A stretch of DNA of 64,000 nucleotides. Origin: an uncultured Gammaproteobacteria bacterium. GTDB taxonomy: Bacteria; Patescibacteriota; Microgenomatia; Levybacterales; UBA12049. Below, in pieces: positions 49,232-59,466 of the stretch. Numbering within the stretch: the stretch's first letter is position 1; every line of letters begins with the position of its first letter. A program made the translations under genes and the position numbers. The notes beneath the pieces were generated by a model. That model saw only the letters and a list, made by a program, of their open reading frames with translations. It was not told the DNA's origin and searched no databases. The DNA is taken from NCBI GenBank assembly GCA_964537895.1, contig CAZIDK010000003.1, positions 1,171-65,170 of the forward strand, given 5' to 3'.

Positions 49232-49260
49232 TGACAAAAATAATCAGTATGATACAATCT
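49232..49260 (+). promoter_or_regulatory. promoter TTGACA-N16-TACAAT driving a short leader or small RNA
   Basis: Read directly from the sequence. Confidence 0.4.
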
Positions 49261-49354
49261 GTTATATGAAAAGTAATTTAGTATTAAATCATCATATCCG
49301 TCTTAAAGGCGGATGTGATTTTTGTGTTTAAAAACTAAATTTATCTAAAATCGC

Positions 49355-49379
49355 AACCGCCGAAGAGGCGGTTTTTTTA
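49355..49379 (+). terminator. Rho-independent terminator (AACCGCC-GAAGA-GGCGGTT + T7), 24 nt upstream of the next gene's RBS
   Basis: Perfect 7-bp GC-rich stem followed by TTTTTTT. Confidence 0.7.
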
Positions 49380-49402
49380 TTGGAAAAGGAGGTAACGAAG
49401 AT

Positions 49403-50074
49403 ATGACAGAAGTTGGAAATTTTTATAAACCAGAAGAAATTAAGCAGCTTTATAGCGAAATCGTTCCTGTGTATCAAATGGCGTTTGCTGGAGAACCATG
49501 GTTTGAAGTTAGCAAATGCGTAGACGCTTTGAGCATTCAAAGGTGCGTAGGGGGATTATCTTCCTTACGCTTGGGCCAATTATGCAAATTGTGTGGAAAT
49601 TATCCAATTCGTACCGCTTATGAAAAAAATGAATTGATAGCCAACTTCGAGGCATTTGCAAAAACTAGACCAACAGCCTGGTATTTAGAAAGAAATGAAT
49701 TAGGAATTACTCTTGCCGCAATTGCCTGGTCTGCAAAGGCAGATACCGTAGCAGATGAAAAATATTCAGATGTTCCAGAGATTAAATCATGGATGATTTC
49801 AAAACTGGGGACACAATCAATCGCGTGGCTGGACGAGGTCTTTGCTGATCGAATTAAGAAACCCAAGAGTAATCTTAAAAATTTTGGAGATATGTGTATT
49901 GGATTGGCGGAGCAACTCCAAGTCGACACCATTGCTTTTAGAACTATTAATGAACGCATGACTGCAGCTGCGATAAGAGATTTTGGATCTGCAGCTTCAG
50001 TTTTTAATAGAACTACTGGCGTTCCTGACCGAAGAGATTTTGTAATTATTAATTTAGGAGGTAATAAAAAATGA
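49403..50074 (+). CDS. hypothetical protein; first gene of an operon with an AstE/AspA-family enzyme
   Basis: Strong RBS GGAAAAGGAGG. 223-aa ORF with moderately elevated GC and no motifs. Confidence 0.5.
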   Translation: MTEVGNFYKPEEIKQLYSEIVPVYQMAFAGEPWFEVSKCVDALSIQRCVGGLSSLRLGQLCKLCGNYPIRTAYEKNELIANFEAFAKTRPTAWYLERNELGITLAAIAWSAKADTVADEKYSDVPEIKSWMISKLGTQSIAWLDEVFADRIKKPKSNLKNFGDMCIGLAEQLQVDTIAFRTINERMTAAAIRDFGSAASVFNRTTGVPDRRDFVIINLGGNKK

Positions 50075-50781
50075 GAATTTTGATAATTGGCGGTATGCAC
50101 GGCAATGAGCCTTTGGGTATAAAGCTTGTGAAAAAGTTTATAGATAACCCTGTGGAAAATGTGAATGCGGTTTTTGCTAACGAAAAAGCAATGGAACTGA
50201 ATTGTCGATTTGCAAATCAAGATTTAAACAGATCTTTTCCAGGAAATAGAAATAGCAACAATTATGAGATAAAAAGGGCGGCATATTTGATTAATCTGTG
50301 TAAAAAATATGATATTGTATTTGATTTCCACAACACACATTGCCCAAATAATAATTGTGCTTTTGTAGGAGAATCAGCAAGAGATAGCTTGTATAACGTT
50401 TCCTCCTGGCTTGGAATTAAGAAAATTATCATTGCAGACTATGACTGTATAAACAAATATGTTAGCAATTGTGCATCTATAGAAATCAGTTTGAATAGCA
50501 AGTTGATGAATCCGGATATTTGGTATAGAAAAATATGTCAATTTTCCCAGATGGGAAGAATTCTAAAAGCGAAAGCTATTATCGAGAAATATCGTTTTGT
50601 TTATAGAATTACCCTTGAAGACAGAGATAGATTAAAATTACCGGAAAAAAATCTCAAAGCTTTTAGGAAAATTTCAAAAAAACTAGCCTGGGAGATGGGG
50701 ATTAAGGATCCAGCTTATCCAATCTTTATTGCAGACGAGTACACTCCATATAATTATGGTGGTTTATTACACAAAATTTGA
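50071..50781 (+). CDS. succinylglutamate desuccinylase/aspartoacylase (AstE/AspA) family zinc hydrolase
   Basis: IIGGMHGNEPLG, DLNRSFPG and FDFHNT zinc-ligand pattern. Start overlaps the previous stop (ATGA). Confidence 0.6.
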   Translation: MRILIIGGMHGNEPLGIKLVKKFIDNPVENVNAVFANEKAMELNCRFANQDLNRSFPGNRNSNNYEIKRAAYLINLCKKYDIVFDFHNTHCPNNNCAFVGESARDSLYNVSSWLGIKKIIIADYDCINKYVSNCASIEISLNSKLMNPDIWYRKICQFSQMGRILKAKAIIEKYRFVYRITLEDRDRLKLPEKNLKAFRKISKKLAWEMGIKDPAYPIFIADEYTPYNYGGLLHKI

Positions 50782-50793
50782 TATGATTAGTAT

Positions 50794-51975
50794 ATGAACA
50801 TACAAACTTTAAAGGGTTTTCGTGATTTTTTGCCTAAAGACGCAAAAAAACGTGAGTACGTAATAAACACTTTAAAAACAGTGTTTGAGTCCTATGGCTT
50901 TGAACCCTTAGAAACCCCAAGCCTTGAATACGAAGAAATTTTAGCGGGAAAATACGGAGAAGAAGGCGATAAATTAATGTATAAATTTGAGGACAACGGT
51001 AAAAGAAAAGTTGCGCTTCGCTATGACCAAACTGTTCCCCTGGCCCGTGTTGTTGCGCAGTATCAAAACGAACTTCCAATGCCTTTTAAAAGATACCAAA
51101 TTCAAAATGTCTGGAGAGCCGAGAACACACAAAAAGGCAGATACAGGGAATTTACGCAATGCGATATCGATACTGTCGGCTCCCCTTCTCTAATGTCGGA
51201 TGCGGAAGTAATTTCTTGTGCTTTGGAAACAGTTAAAAAATTAGGATTTAAAAATGCTAAAGTTTTAATAAACGACCGCTCTGTATTTGATAATTTAAAG
51301 CCGCAATTTATTTCTGCAATTGATAAGCTGGAAAAAATCGGAAAAGACGGAGTAACCAAAGAACTTATCAAAAAAGGAATGAGTAAGCCCAACGCTCAGA
51401 AGCTTATTAACTCGTTTGAGGGTAATAAACCGGTACCAAATATCATTAGCTTGTTTAAAAATTTGGAAAAGTTTGGACTTGAAGAAAATAAGGATTTTGT
51501 TTTTAAATCAAGCCTCGCAAGGGGGCTTGATTATTACACTTCTACAGTTTTTGAGATTGCTTCCGAAGACTACATTTATGGCTCCTTGGCCGGTGGCGGA
51601 AGATATGATAATCTAATAGGAATTTTTGCGGGAAAACAAATTCCGGCTGTTGGCTTTTCTTTTGGATTTGATAGAGTTATCGAAGCAATGAGTGAATTAA
51701 ATTTGTTTCCCGCAGGTCTTTCGGTTACAAAAGTTCTGGTAACGAATACCGATGAGAAAAAAGCTTTGGGAACTGCAAAAACCTTGAGGGAAAATGACAT
51801 CAATACGGAAATTTATCTGGATGAAAAAGATTTGGAAAAACAATTAAAATATGCCGACAAAAAAGATATTCCTTTCTCAATTATTTTTGACAAAGATAAA
51901 TTAATTCTTAAAGACATGATTCGAAGAACACAGGAAACTTTAACATTGGAAGAAATAATTAAAAAAATTAAGTAA
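50794..51975 (+). CDS. hisS: histidine--tRNA ligase
   Basis: Class II motifs (FRDFLP, ..RYDQTVPLAR.., GGGRYDNL) and a C-terminal anticodon-binding domain. Confidence 0.85.
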   Translation: MNIQTLKGFRDFLPKDAKKREYVINTLKTVFESYGFEPLETPSLEYEEILAGKYGEEGDKLMYKFEDNGKRKVALRYDQTVPLARVVAQYQNELPMPFKRYQIQNVWRAENTQKGRYREFTQCDIDTVGSPSLMSDAEVISCALETVKKLGFKNAKVLINDRSVFDNLKPQFISAIDKLEKIGKDGVTKELIKKGMSKPNAQKLINSFEGNKPVPNIISLFKNLEKFGLEENKDFVFKSSLARGLDYYTSTVFEIASEDYIYGSLAGGGRYDNLIGIFAGKQIPAVGFSFGFDRVIEAMSELNLFPAGLSVTKVLVTNTDEKKALGTAKTLRENDINTEIYLDEKDLEKQLKYADKKDIPFSIIFDKDKLILKDMIRRTQETLTLEEIIKKIK

Positions 51976-51982
51976 ATCCTAA

Positions 51983-52924
51983 ATGCCCTTTAGAAATTTT
52001 CTAATATCACAAAACAAGACAAGACTCGCAATTTTAGCGCTTATCTTTGCAAATATTATTTGGGGCGCAGGACTTCCTATTTACAAGTGGACACTTGAAG
52101 TAATTCCCCCATTTACTTTTGCTTTTATAAGATTTTTTTTGGGAGCGGTTATTCTTATTCCGTTTGTTTTTAAAAATTTTAAATTCGCAAGAGAAGACAT
52201 ACCAAAACTTTTCTTTGCGTCAATAATCTCTATAACTCTTCAAATACCCCTTCTTTTATTCGGATTAAAATTAGCACCAAGTATTAACGCTCCAATTATA
52301 ATTTCCGCAGGCCCCATAATCCTTCTAGGAGCTTCGATAATTTTTTTTAAAGAGAAAATATCAACAAAATTACTTGCAGGAACGCTTATTAGTCTTTTGG
52401 GGGTTTTAATATTAATCTTTAAACCCGCCTTAGAAGCCGGATTTTCAAGCGGAGTTTTGGGAAATTTTCTTATTTTTCTTGCAACTATCTGCGGCGTAAT
52501 TCAAGCACTTGTTGTTAAAAAAATAATGAAAAGAAATGGTCCTCTGGTAACTGTTTTTCTTACTTTTATTATCGGTTCTCTTTTTCTTTTACCCGGCGTT
52601 TTAATAGAGTATAATTCAACCGGTTTCTTCGCATTAAATATGCAGGCAATTTTAGGAATTATTTATGCAGTTATATTCGCATCGGTATTAGCGCATTATT
52701 TTTTATTTTTTGGCTTAAAAAATATAAAAGTTTCAGAAACAGGTGTTTTTACGTATGTTGACCCTATTGCAACAATTTTAGTCGCGATTCCCCTATTGCA
52801 TGAAACTATTTCCGAATCTTATGTAATTGCAGCAGTACTGGTGTTTTTAGGAATTTATGTTGCGGAAGGAAGAATTCATTACCACCCTTTCCATCTTCTA
52901 AGAAAACAGGCTTCGGAGTTTTAA
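51983..52924 (+). CDS. DMT-superfamily (EamA) transporter
   Basis: 10 TM helices, two EamA repeats. Confidence 0.75.
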   Translation: MPFRNFLISQNKTRLAILALIFANIIWGAGLPIYKWTLEVIPPFTFAFIRFFLGAVILIPFVFKNFKFAREDIPKLFFASIISITLQIPLLLFGLKLAPSINAPIIISAGPIILLGASIIFFKEKISTKLLAGTLISLLGVLILIFKPALEAGFSSGVLGNFLIFLATICGVIQALVVKKIMKRNGPLVTVFLTFIIGSLFLLPGVLIEYNSTGFFALNMQAILGIIYAVIFASVLAHYFLFFGLKNIKVSETGVFTYVDPIATILVAIPLLHETISESYVIAAVLVFLGIYVAEGRIHYHPFHLLRKQASEF

Positions 52925-52931
52925 AAAGTAA

Positions 52932-53729
52932 TTAATTGAATTCCAAAAATAAAGGCAGATGGTCGGAGACCTCATCTTGCAAAACTTTAAAATTTAAAAC
53001 TTTTACATCTTTTGACACTAATACATAGTCGGCATATTTATCTTTTCTTGTATGCAGGTTACTTCTTGTACTTTTAACATTATACTTCTTAATTAGATTA
53101 ACCATTTCCTCTTCCAGTACAAACATGCTCTTCGTGTTCGGGTTTAGATTAAAATCCCCGCAAAGAATTTTTCTATGTTTATATGAATCCAGGAATTTTG
53201 TTATTTTGTCCGATTGTTCCAATCTTTCCGGTGTATCTTCTTTTGATTCGGAAATCCAATATCCATGCAGATTAGCAATCAAAGTTTCTTTTTTATCTTT
53301 CTCTATATTAACAAAATGGATGTTCCTTGGAAAATCCATAAACTGCCCATTCCTTACGGGTTTTGTGTGCTCTTGACCATACGAGCCATAAACAAAAATA
53401 TCTCCTTCGGATAAAACCTTTATTGATTTTCTGACAAAAGTAGCCTGTCCAAAAAATAGCTCAAAATCTACCTTTTCCTTAGTATCGTGTCCTGCAAACA
53501 TCGGGACGAAATAACCATTGTAATCTTTTAAAATATTGGCAATATCGGAATAAATATTCGTCTTTATATCATTATGAAAAATATTTCTGTCGGATTTGAA
53601 TACTTCCTGAAAGCAGAAAATGTCAACCGTTTCACTTTGTTTTTTTAAAAAACTTATCAGCGGTTCGTAAACTTGCCCTCCCCAAATATTTAACGTAATT
53701 AATTTCATTTTTATTCTTTTCCTTCCCAT
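52932..53729 (-). CDS. endonuclease/exonuclease/phosphatase (EEP) family protein
   Basis: LITLNIWGG motif with Asp/His catalytic residues. Its start overlaps the upstream gene's 3-prime end by 19 nt. Confidence 0.7.
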   Translation of the reverse strand: MGRKRIKMKLITLNIWGGQVYEPLISFLKKQSETVDIFCFQEVFKSDRNIFHNDIKTNIYSDIANILKDYNGYFVPMFAGHDTKEKVDFELFFGQATFVRKSIKVLSEGDIFVYGSYGQEHTKPVRNGQFMDFPRNIHFVNIEKDKKETLIANLHGYWISESKEDTPERLEQSDKITKFLDSYKHRKILCGDFNLNPNTKSMFVLEEEMVNLIKKYNVKSTRSNLHTRKDKYADYVLVSKDVKVLNFKVLQDEVSDHLPLFLEFN

Positions 53730-54364
53730 TCTTTAAAGAATTTCTGAAGAAACTCTTCCATATATTTATGTCTTCCTAGTGCGATTTGTCTTGCGGTTTC
53801 AGTATTCATTCTGTCTTTTAAAAGCAGCAGTTTTTCATAGAAATGATTTATGGTCGGGCTCTTGCTGTTTTTATATTCTTCAAATGAATTATGCAGAATC
53901 GGTTTTAAGTTTGGGTTGTGGATTTCGTGCCCCATTTTTCCTCCATATGCGAAAGTCCTGGTAATTCCAATTGCGCCAATCGCATCCAGCTTATCCGCGT
54001 CCTGCACAACCATCCCCTCTTTTGTTTTCATTTGAGATTTTACGTTTGCTCCCCTAAAACTTATATCTTTTATAATTTGACAAACGTGCACAATATATTT
54101 TTCTTCGACATTAAGCGTTTTCAGCCACTTCCTTGCGGTTTTTGGTCCGATTTCTTCGTTCCCTCCGTGTAATTTCCAGTCGGCGATATCATGCAAGAGG
54201 GCGGCTACTTCTACTACAAACATATCAACCTTTTCTGTTTTTCCGATATGTTTTGCCATTTTCCAAACCCTATAAACATGCCACCAGTCATGTCCGCTCG
54301 CCTCCCCTTCCAGGATTTTTTTGGCATAATCCGCAGTTTTTTGAATTATTATTTTTTTATCCAT
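53711..54364 (-). CDS. HD-domain phosphohydrolase (YedJ-like)
   Basis: H..HD...LLHDIAD motifs. Confidence 0.7.
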   Translation of the reverse strand: MDKKIIIQKTADYAKKILEGEASGHDWWHVYRVWKMAKHIGKTEKVDMFVVEVAALLHDIADWKLHGGNEEIGPKTARKWLKTLNVEEKYIVHVCQIIKDISFRGANVKSQMKTKEGMVVQDADKLDAIGAIGITRTFAYGGKMGHEIHNPNLKPILHNSFEEYKNSKSPTINHFYEKLLLLKDRMNTETARQIALGRHKYMEEFLQKFFKEWEGKE

Positions 54365-54407
54365 CGATGTTGATTATATCACGCAGAAAACTTGCGGGAG
54401 GGAAAAT

Positions 54408-54752
54408 TTATATTTCCATTTTATCTTTTATTTTTTCAAGTCCGGCTTTAGTCATTTTCCCTTCTTTTATTAACTTTTTTATTCTTTCCTTATTACTCTC
54501 CGATAAATTGCTTTTTTCTTTTCTTGGGGTAAATCTGCCGGCAAATGTTTCCCTATCAATCCCCTTTTCTATGCTATCTATCCAGCCAAAACAAAGAGCT
54601 TCTTCAACCGCATCGTTATAGGAAATTGTTGGTTTTCCTGTTGTTTTCTTGTAATAGATAAGCCAAATCTCCTTTTCCTTATCGTAGTTTTTAGAAAACC
54701 ACTTTCTCCACTCTTTCCTATTTGTTACATAAAGAGTTTTTCCAATATTCAT
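54408..54752 (-). CDS. YdeI/OmpD-associated (OmdA) family protein
   Basis: W..W......EIWLIYYKK..GKPTISYNDAVEEALCFGWIDS, the family signature. Confidence 0.6.
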   Translation of the reverse strand: MNIGKTLYVTNRKEWRKWFSKNYDKEKEIWLIYYKKTTGKPTISYNDAVEEALCFGWIDSIEKGIDRETFAGRFTPRKEKSNLSESNKERIKKLIKEGKMTKAGLEKIKDKMEI

Positions 54753-54756
54753 AAAC

Positions 54757-54906
54757 CAATTATACCACGGGAAAATTTGAAACTAAAGAAAAAATAGATT
54801 ACTGCAGATATACTAGTATACTTGTAATAAAAGGATTATGTAGTGATGTATCAATACATTAAAACATAATCAACTAAATAAATATCGGGGTGAAAATAAA
54901 CGCGGG
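54757..54906. repeat. 150-bp module (copy 1) holding an extended -10 promoter TGGTATAAT (minus strand) 6 nt from the ATG plus palindromes TGTATCAATACA and TATACTAGTATA
   Basis: About 95% identical to 55598-55748. Both copies abut the start codon of a minus-strand gene. Confidence 0.75.
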
Positions 54907-54969
54907 AGAAATTGGTTTTGCTAATCATAAAGTTTTGGCATATAATAAAATTAAAGGAGGTGATTTGAA

Positions 54970-55176
54970 ATGCTAGACGAAAGAGGAGAAACTCCGCGTC
55001 CCCCGGAAGTTCCTGAAAAAGCTCCCGAGTCCGGAGCTACACCGCCAGTTCTTCCTAAACCTGAGGCTGAAACATCAGTTCCTAAACCAGATTCATTATT
55101 AGACAAGCTGCAATCAGAAGCGACTAGGACAATTGGCGCAGGAAAAAGCGGACAAAGCGGCAGCTCCCATACTTAA
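54970..55176 (+). CDS. small Pro-rich hypothetical protein
   Basis: Strong RBS AAAGGAGGTG. 68-aa GC-rich ORF. Confidence 0.35.
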   Translation: MLDERGETPRPPEVPEKAPESGATPPVLPKPEAETSVPKPDSLLDKLQSEATRTIGAGKSGQSGSSHT

Positions 55177-55240
55177 ATCTTGAGTAGATTATAACATGTG
55201 GAGAAGGTTGAGGCGGGAAAACTTGCGGGAGAGAAAATTT

Positions 55241-55594
55241 CTATGAAACCATTATCTTATCGTCTGCTACCGAAGGAAATCTGATAGTTTGAACAACGAT
55301 TTCATCGCTCAAAACTTTTTTTATGCAAACTGTGATCTTTGGCGGAATAATTAAATAATCCCCCTCATTCATTTCTACTTCCTGTCCGTCGACCTCCCAA
55401 ATTCCCTTTCCATTCCAAATAATATCAAGTTTCGTTGAGGTCTTATTAAAATGGGGCTTGGATGAAAAAGATTTATCAAGCTTTGCTATTTTTATTTCTG
55501 CCCTATCATCTTTCGCTAAACCTTCCGGCATAAAACTTCCATAAATCCACCCGTTTCTTTCTTTTTCTTCGAATGCATTTCCTTTTTTATACAT
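55241..55594 (-). CDS. cupin-like small protein
   Basis: 117 aa with a beta-rich pattern including G.W.V.G.....EGDYLIIPP. Confidence 0.4.
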   Translation of the reverse strand: MYKKGNAFEEKERNGWIYGSFMPEGLAKDDRAEIKIAKLDKSFSSKPHFNKTSTKLDIIWNGKGIWEVDGQEVEMNEGDYLIIPPKITVCIKKVLSDEIVVQTIRFPSVADDKIMVS

Positions 55595-55597
55595 AAG

Positions 55598-55748
55598 TTG
55601 ATTATACCACGGGGAAATTTGAAACTAAAGAAAAATAGATTACTGCAGATATACTAGTATACTTGTAATAAAAGGATTATGTAGTGATGTATCAATACAT
55701 TAAAACATAATCAACTAAATAAATATCTGAGTGAAAAATAACTCGGGA
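55598..55748. repeat. 150-bp promoter/operator module (copy 2)
   Basis: See copy 1 at 54757-54906. Confidence 0.75.
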
Positions 55749-55782
55749 GGAATTGGGAGAAGACGTAATACGATCGTAATCC

Positions 55783-56478
55783 CTACTCAGATTTTACATT
55801 TTCCCCTAGTTCTTTAACATCACCATGTTGTCTATGGAATAAATAATGCATGAATCCTCCCATCCTTTTTCCTTCTTTATCAATAGTTTTTTTATCTAGA
55901 GATATGAAGCTAAATGTGCCCATAATTGGTTGCAAATTCATTATCTCCTTCTCTATTACAAAACCTTGCTCCACCATATACTCGTCATTATTAAAATTAC
56001 TGAAATATACTACAGCAGTTAGTCTACTTCTCAATCCACCCCTTGAGTCTTCTTTGTATCTTATGTTTTCGAAATCTTTTTTGGGTATATGAATATGAGT
56101 TTTGGAACTAACTCCTCTTTCTATATAGTCTATCGAGTGTTCCGATACTGCTACGATTTCGCTTGTTTCCCTATCATAAAATTCTACTTGAATTTCAAAC
56201 GCTGGACCATTTCCAATATTTTTTAAGCTACATTCTACACAATACGTATCTTGCTTAAATTTTTTGTTTTCACTTCCGATGTTAAATTCCTCAGCTATAA
56301 CCAATGGGAGCATGCTGTCTTTTCTTTGTTTTGATATTTCCCTAACGGTAGCTCTAGTTTGATATGCGTAATAAATAGTTACCAAAATCAGCACAACTGT
56401 TGAGAAAGACTGTACTGCTGTTAAAGCTATAATGGGATTCATGGAGACAATATTAGAACTATTAACTATAATTGTCAA
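55783..56478 (-). CDS. membrane-anchored hypothetical protein
   Basis: N-terminal TM helix; 231 aa. Confidence 0.45.
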   Translation of the reverse strand: MTIIVNSSNIVSMNPIIALTAVQSFSTVVLILVTIYYAYQTRATVREISKQRKDSMLPLVIAEEFNIGSENKKFKQDTYCVECSLKNIGNGPAFEIQVEFYDRETSEIVAVSEHSIDYIERGVSSKTHIHIPKKDFENIRYKEDSRGGLRSRLTAVVYFSNFNNDEYMVEQGFVIEKEIMNLQPIMGTFSFISLDKKTIDKEGKRMGGFMHYLFHRQHGDVKELGENVKSE

Positions 56479-56520
56479 TAATTGTTGTGTTAAGCTCGAT
56501 TTTCCTGTATAATAAATCTA

Positions 56521-56808
56521 ATGAAACAGCAAATTCATCCGCAATATTTTGAACAGGCGCAGGTTATTTGTGCCTGCGGAAACAGATTTACAACCGGCTC
56601 AACGCAGGAAGTAATTAAAGTGGAACTCTGCAGTAAATGCCACCCCTTTTATACGGGCGAACAAAGATTTATTGATTCAGGTTCAAAGATTCAAAAATTC
56701 CAGGCTAAGCAGGAAGCCGCAAAAGAATATGTTGCCAAGAAAAAAGAAGTTAAAAAAGACGATTCCGGACCGCAGACACTCCGCGAAATGCTTGACGCAT
56801 TAAAATAG
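56521..56808 (+). CDS. rpmE: 50S ribosomal protein L31
   Basis: MKQQIHPQY...Cx[11 protein letters not shown] zinc ribbon. Confidence 0.85.
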   Translation: MKQQIHPQYFEQAQVICACGNRFTTGSTQEVIKVELCSKCHPFYTGEQRFIDSGSKIQKFQAKQEAAKEYVAKKKEVKKDDSGPQTLREMLDALK

Positions 56809-56826
56809 CTAACGCGGATACCCCCA

Positions 56827-57732
56827 ATGGATTACAGAGAAACTCAATTAAGTGAACTTAATAAGAAAATTGAAGAAACAAAAACTCTTCTTTCCGATCC
56901 CTCTTTGATTGAGATGGCAAAAGCAGAAATTGAGGATTTAGCAAAACAAAAAGCAGAAATTGAGGCAACTTTCCAAATTAGCAAGGAAGAAGCAAACGAT
57001 TCTTTGGATACAAGGAACGTAATTATCGAAGTTTCGGGTGCGGCCGGAGGCGAAGAAGCAAAAATCTGGGGGCAGGATCTACTGCGGATGTATTCAAGAT
57101 TTGCCCAGATTAAGGGATTTAAAATTGAAACGTTGGACGAAAACGTAATTAAAGTGGAGGGAACAGGAGCTTTTGAATTATTTAAATATGAGGCCGGAGT
57201 TCACAGGGTGCAAAGAACTCCCGAGACTGAAAAACGGGGCAGAATTCACACTTCTACCGCAACCGTTTCTGTTTTGCCGGAACTTGAAGATATTGATTTA
57301 CACATCAACCCCGACGATATTACTTTTGAAGCTTTTAGAAGCGGCGGACACGGAGGGCAAAATGTCAATAAAGTTTCAACAGCCGTAAGGCTTATTCATA
57401 AACCAAGCGGCATTATTGTTACCTGTCAAACTCAAAGGTTTCAGGCGCAAAACCGGGAACTGGCAATGGAAATGTTAAGGGCAAAACTTTGGGAAGCCGA
57501 AGTAGAAAAACAGCACGGAGAAATTTCAAGCTTAAAAGCAACCCAGGTTGGCCGCGGCATGCGGGCCGAAAAAATAAGAACGTATAATTTTCCCCAAGAC
57601 AGGCTTACAGATCATAGAATTAACAAATCGTGGCATAATCTTGAGGCAATTTTAGAGGGAAACTTTAACCAAGTTATTACCGACATGAAGGTTTTAGAAA
57701 CTACTGCAGATACCTTAAGTCCTTCTCTCTAA
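56827..57732 (+). CDS. prfA: peptide chain release factor 1 (short form)
   Basis: GGQ motif [11 protein letters not shown]. The tripeptide codon-recognition region reads RTPETE, i.e. a PxT-type motif, which is RF1-like. Confidence 0.8.
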   Translation: MDYRETQLSELNKKIEETKTLLSDPSLIEMAKAEIEDLAKQKAEIEATFQISKEEANDSLDTRNVIIEVSGAAGGEEAKIWGQDLLRMYSRFAQIKGFKIETLDENVIKVEGTGAFELFKYEAGVHRVQRTPETEKRGRIHTSTATVSVLPELEDIDLHINPDDITFEAFRSGGHGGQNVNKVSTAVRLIHKPSGIIVTCQTQRFQAQNRELAMEMLRAKLWEAEVEKQHGEISSLKATQVGRGMRAEKIRTYNFPQDRLTDHRINKSWHNLEAILEGNFNQVITDMKVLETTADTLSPSL

Positions 57733-59386
57733 GTTTTTCTATATTTTCTAAAGAGTTTTCGGCAATAATTTTTGCGATTTGTCTTCCCCCTGCCAAATGA
57801 GGCAAAATAACATAATCTGCCCCAAGACTGTAAAGCTCCCTGGCATCGTGAGTATCAAATGCCATCATAATAACTTTTGCTTTTCTGTTTTCTTTTTTTA
57901 ACGAGTTCAACAAAATTGTATTATCTTCCAAATCGGGAACCGTTGAAACCACTAGCTTTGCATTATTAATTTGAGCTTTTTCCTGAATATCGACATCAGA
58001 TATGTCTCCAAAAAGATATAGAAGATCTTGATCTTTGAATTTAGAAATCATATAGGGGTCAAAATCAACTACCACAAGCTTTTCTCCCTTACTTTCCAGA
58101 GCCTCTATTATGCTTTGTCCCATCTGGTCTCCTCCAATTATTACTACATGATTATTAAGATTATCAAACTCATCGCCGGAAATAACGTGATCCCCTCTTA
58201 GCTTTTTTCTCTCAAAAATATTAAGATAAGGACTTAAGTATTTATATAAATAATTGCCGTTTAAAATCATGTATGAAGAAATAGTAAATGTTATTATTCC
58301 CACTAATGTAATTAACGACACAACTTCGTCCGATAAATGGCCAAGTTTATTTCCTAAAAATATAAGTATAAGACTAAACTCAGATATTTGAGCAACTGTT
58401 AGGCCAGCTAAAAAACCAATCCTTTTTTTGTATCCAAGCGCTCCAATTATTATCATTACTATTAAAGGATTTCCAATTAGTATAAATGCGGAAAATATAA
58501 TTGCCGGAATAAGTATTTGGGAGATGTTTGCAAGCGCAAGGCTTGTTCCTAAACTTACGAAGAAAAGTATAATAAAAAAATCTCTTAAGGACCTAACTCT
58601 AGCAACGATTTGAAAACTCTCCACCGAATTAGCAAGAGCAAGTCCTGCAAGAAATCCGCCGATCTCAATTGAAAAACCCACAAACGGTGAGCTGACCAAA
58701 AAAGATATGGCAAATGCCCATGCAAGACTAAATAGAAAAAGCGTTTCCGAGCTATGGGGAATTTTTTCAATTATCTTGGGGAGAATAGCTTTACTTAGAT
58801 ATATTACTCCGGCAAAAAGCAAAATGCCTTTTATAATAACCAAAACAAATTCTCCTGGATCTATTGAAATACTACCCGTACTAAAGCCTGAAAGAAAAAT
58901 TAAGGCCAATATTGCAACAAAGTCTTGTACCAACAAAAAGCCTACCGATATTTTTCCATAAAGACTTTTTAAATCTCTTTTATCAGACAAAAGTTTGACA
59001 ATAATAATTGTGCTTGAAAATGTTAAAGCAATACTTATATAAACGGAGGCAATAACATCAAATCCAAGCATTAAAGATATAAAAAATCCGATAATTGAGG
59101 TAAAAACAATCTGACCCATTCCTGTAATAACCGCTACCCTACCTACAGCCTTTAGCTCGGAAAATCTTAATTCCAATCCGACCATAAATAAAAGCAGCGT
59201 AATACCAATTTCCGACAACGACCTGATAACTTCAGGATTATTAATTTTTTCGCCGGCCAACGGACCCAAAATAATCCCTGTTAATATATAAGCCAAAATA
59301 GCCGGTTGTTTTAAAATTTTAAAAATTATTGAAAGAAATGCAGCAAGACCTGTAATTATTGTTATATCAAGGAAAAGATTACCCAT
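57701..59386 (-). CDS. cation:proton antiporter (CPA2/KefB-like) with a C-terminal RCK/TrkA-N domain
   Basis: About 12 TM helices, then Rossmann motif [11 protein letters not shown]. Confidence 0.8.
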   Translation of the reverse strand: MGNLFLDITIITGLAAFLSIIFKILKQPAILAYILTGIILGPLAGEKINNPEVIRSLSEIGITLLLFMVGLELRFSELKAVGRVAVITGMGQIVFTSIIGFFISLMLGFDVIASVYISIALTFSSTIIIVKLLSDKRDLKSLYGKISVGFLLVQDFVAILALIFLSGFSTGSISIDPGEFVLVIIKGILLFAGVIYLSKAILPKIIEKIPHSSETLFLFSLAWAFAISFLVSSPFVGFSIEIGGFLAGLALANSVESFQIVARVRSLRDFFIILFFVSLGTSLALANISQILIPAIIFSAFILIGNPLIVMIIIGALGYKKRIGFLAGLTVAQISEFSLILIFLGNKLGHLSDEVVSLITLVGIITFTISSYMILNGNYLYKYLSPYLNIFERKKLRGDHVISGDEFDNLNNHVVIIGGDQMGQSIIEALESKGEKLVVVDFDPYMISKFKDQDLLYLFGDISDVDIQEKAQINNAKLVVSTVPDLEDNTILLNSLKKENRKAKVIMMAFDTHDARELYSLGADYVILPHLAGGRQIAKIIAENSLENIEKLREKDLRYLQ

Positions 59387-59466
59387 TAGATTATTTATAC
59401 TATTAAATCCGTTTATCAGTCAATCACGAGCTTTACATAAAATTCAATACTTGTTATATTAATAAA

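Noticed and set aside
49266-49331. 21-codon ORF MKSNLVLNHHIRLKGGCDFCV as a real micropeptide gene
   Set aside because: There is no ribosome-binding site or conservation evidence. Retained only as part of the candidate leader/attenuator finding.
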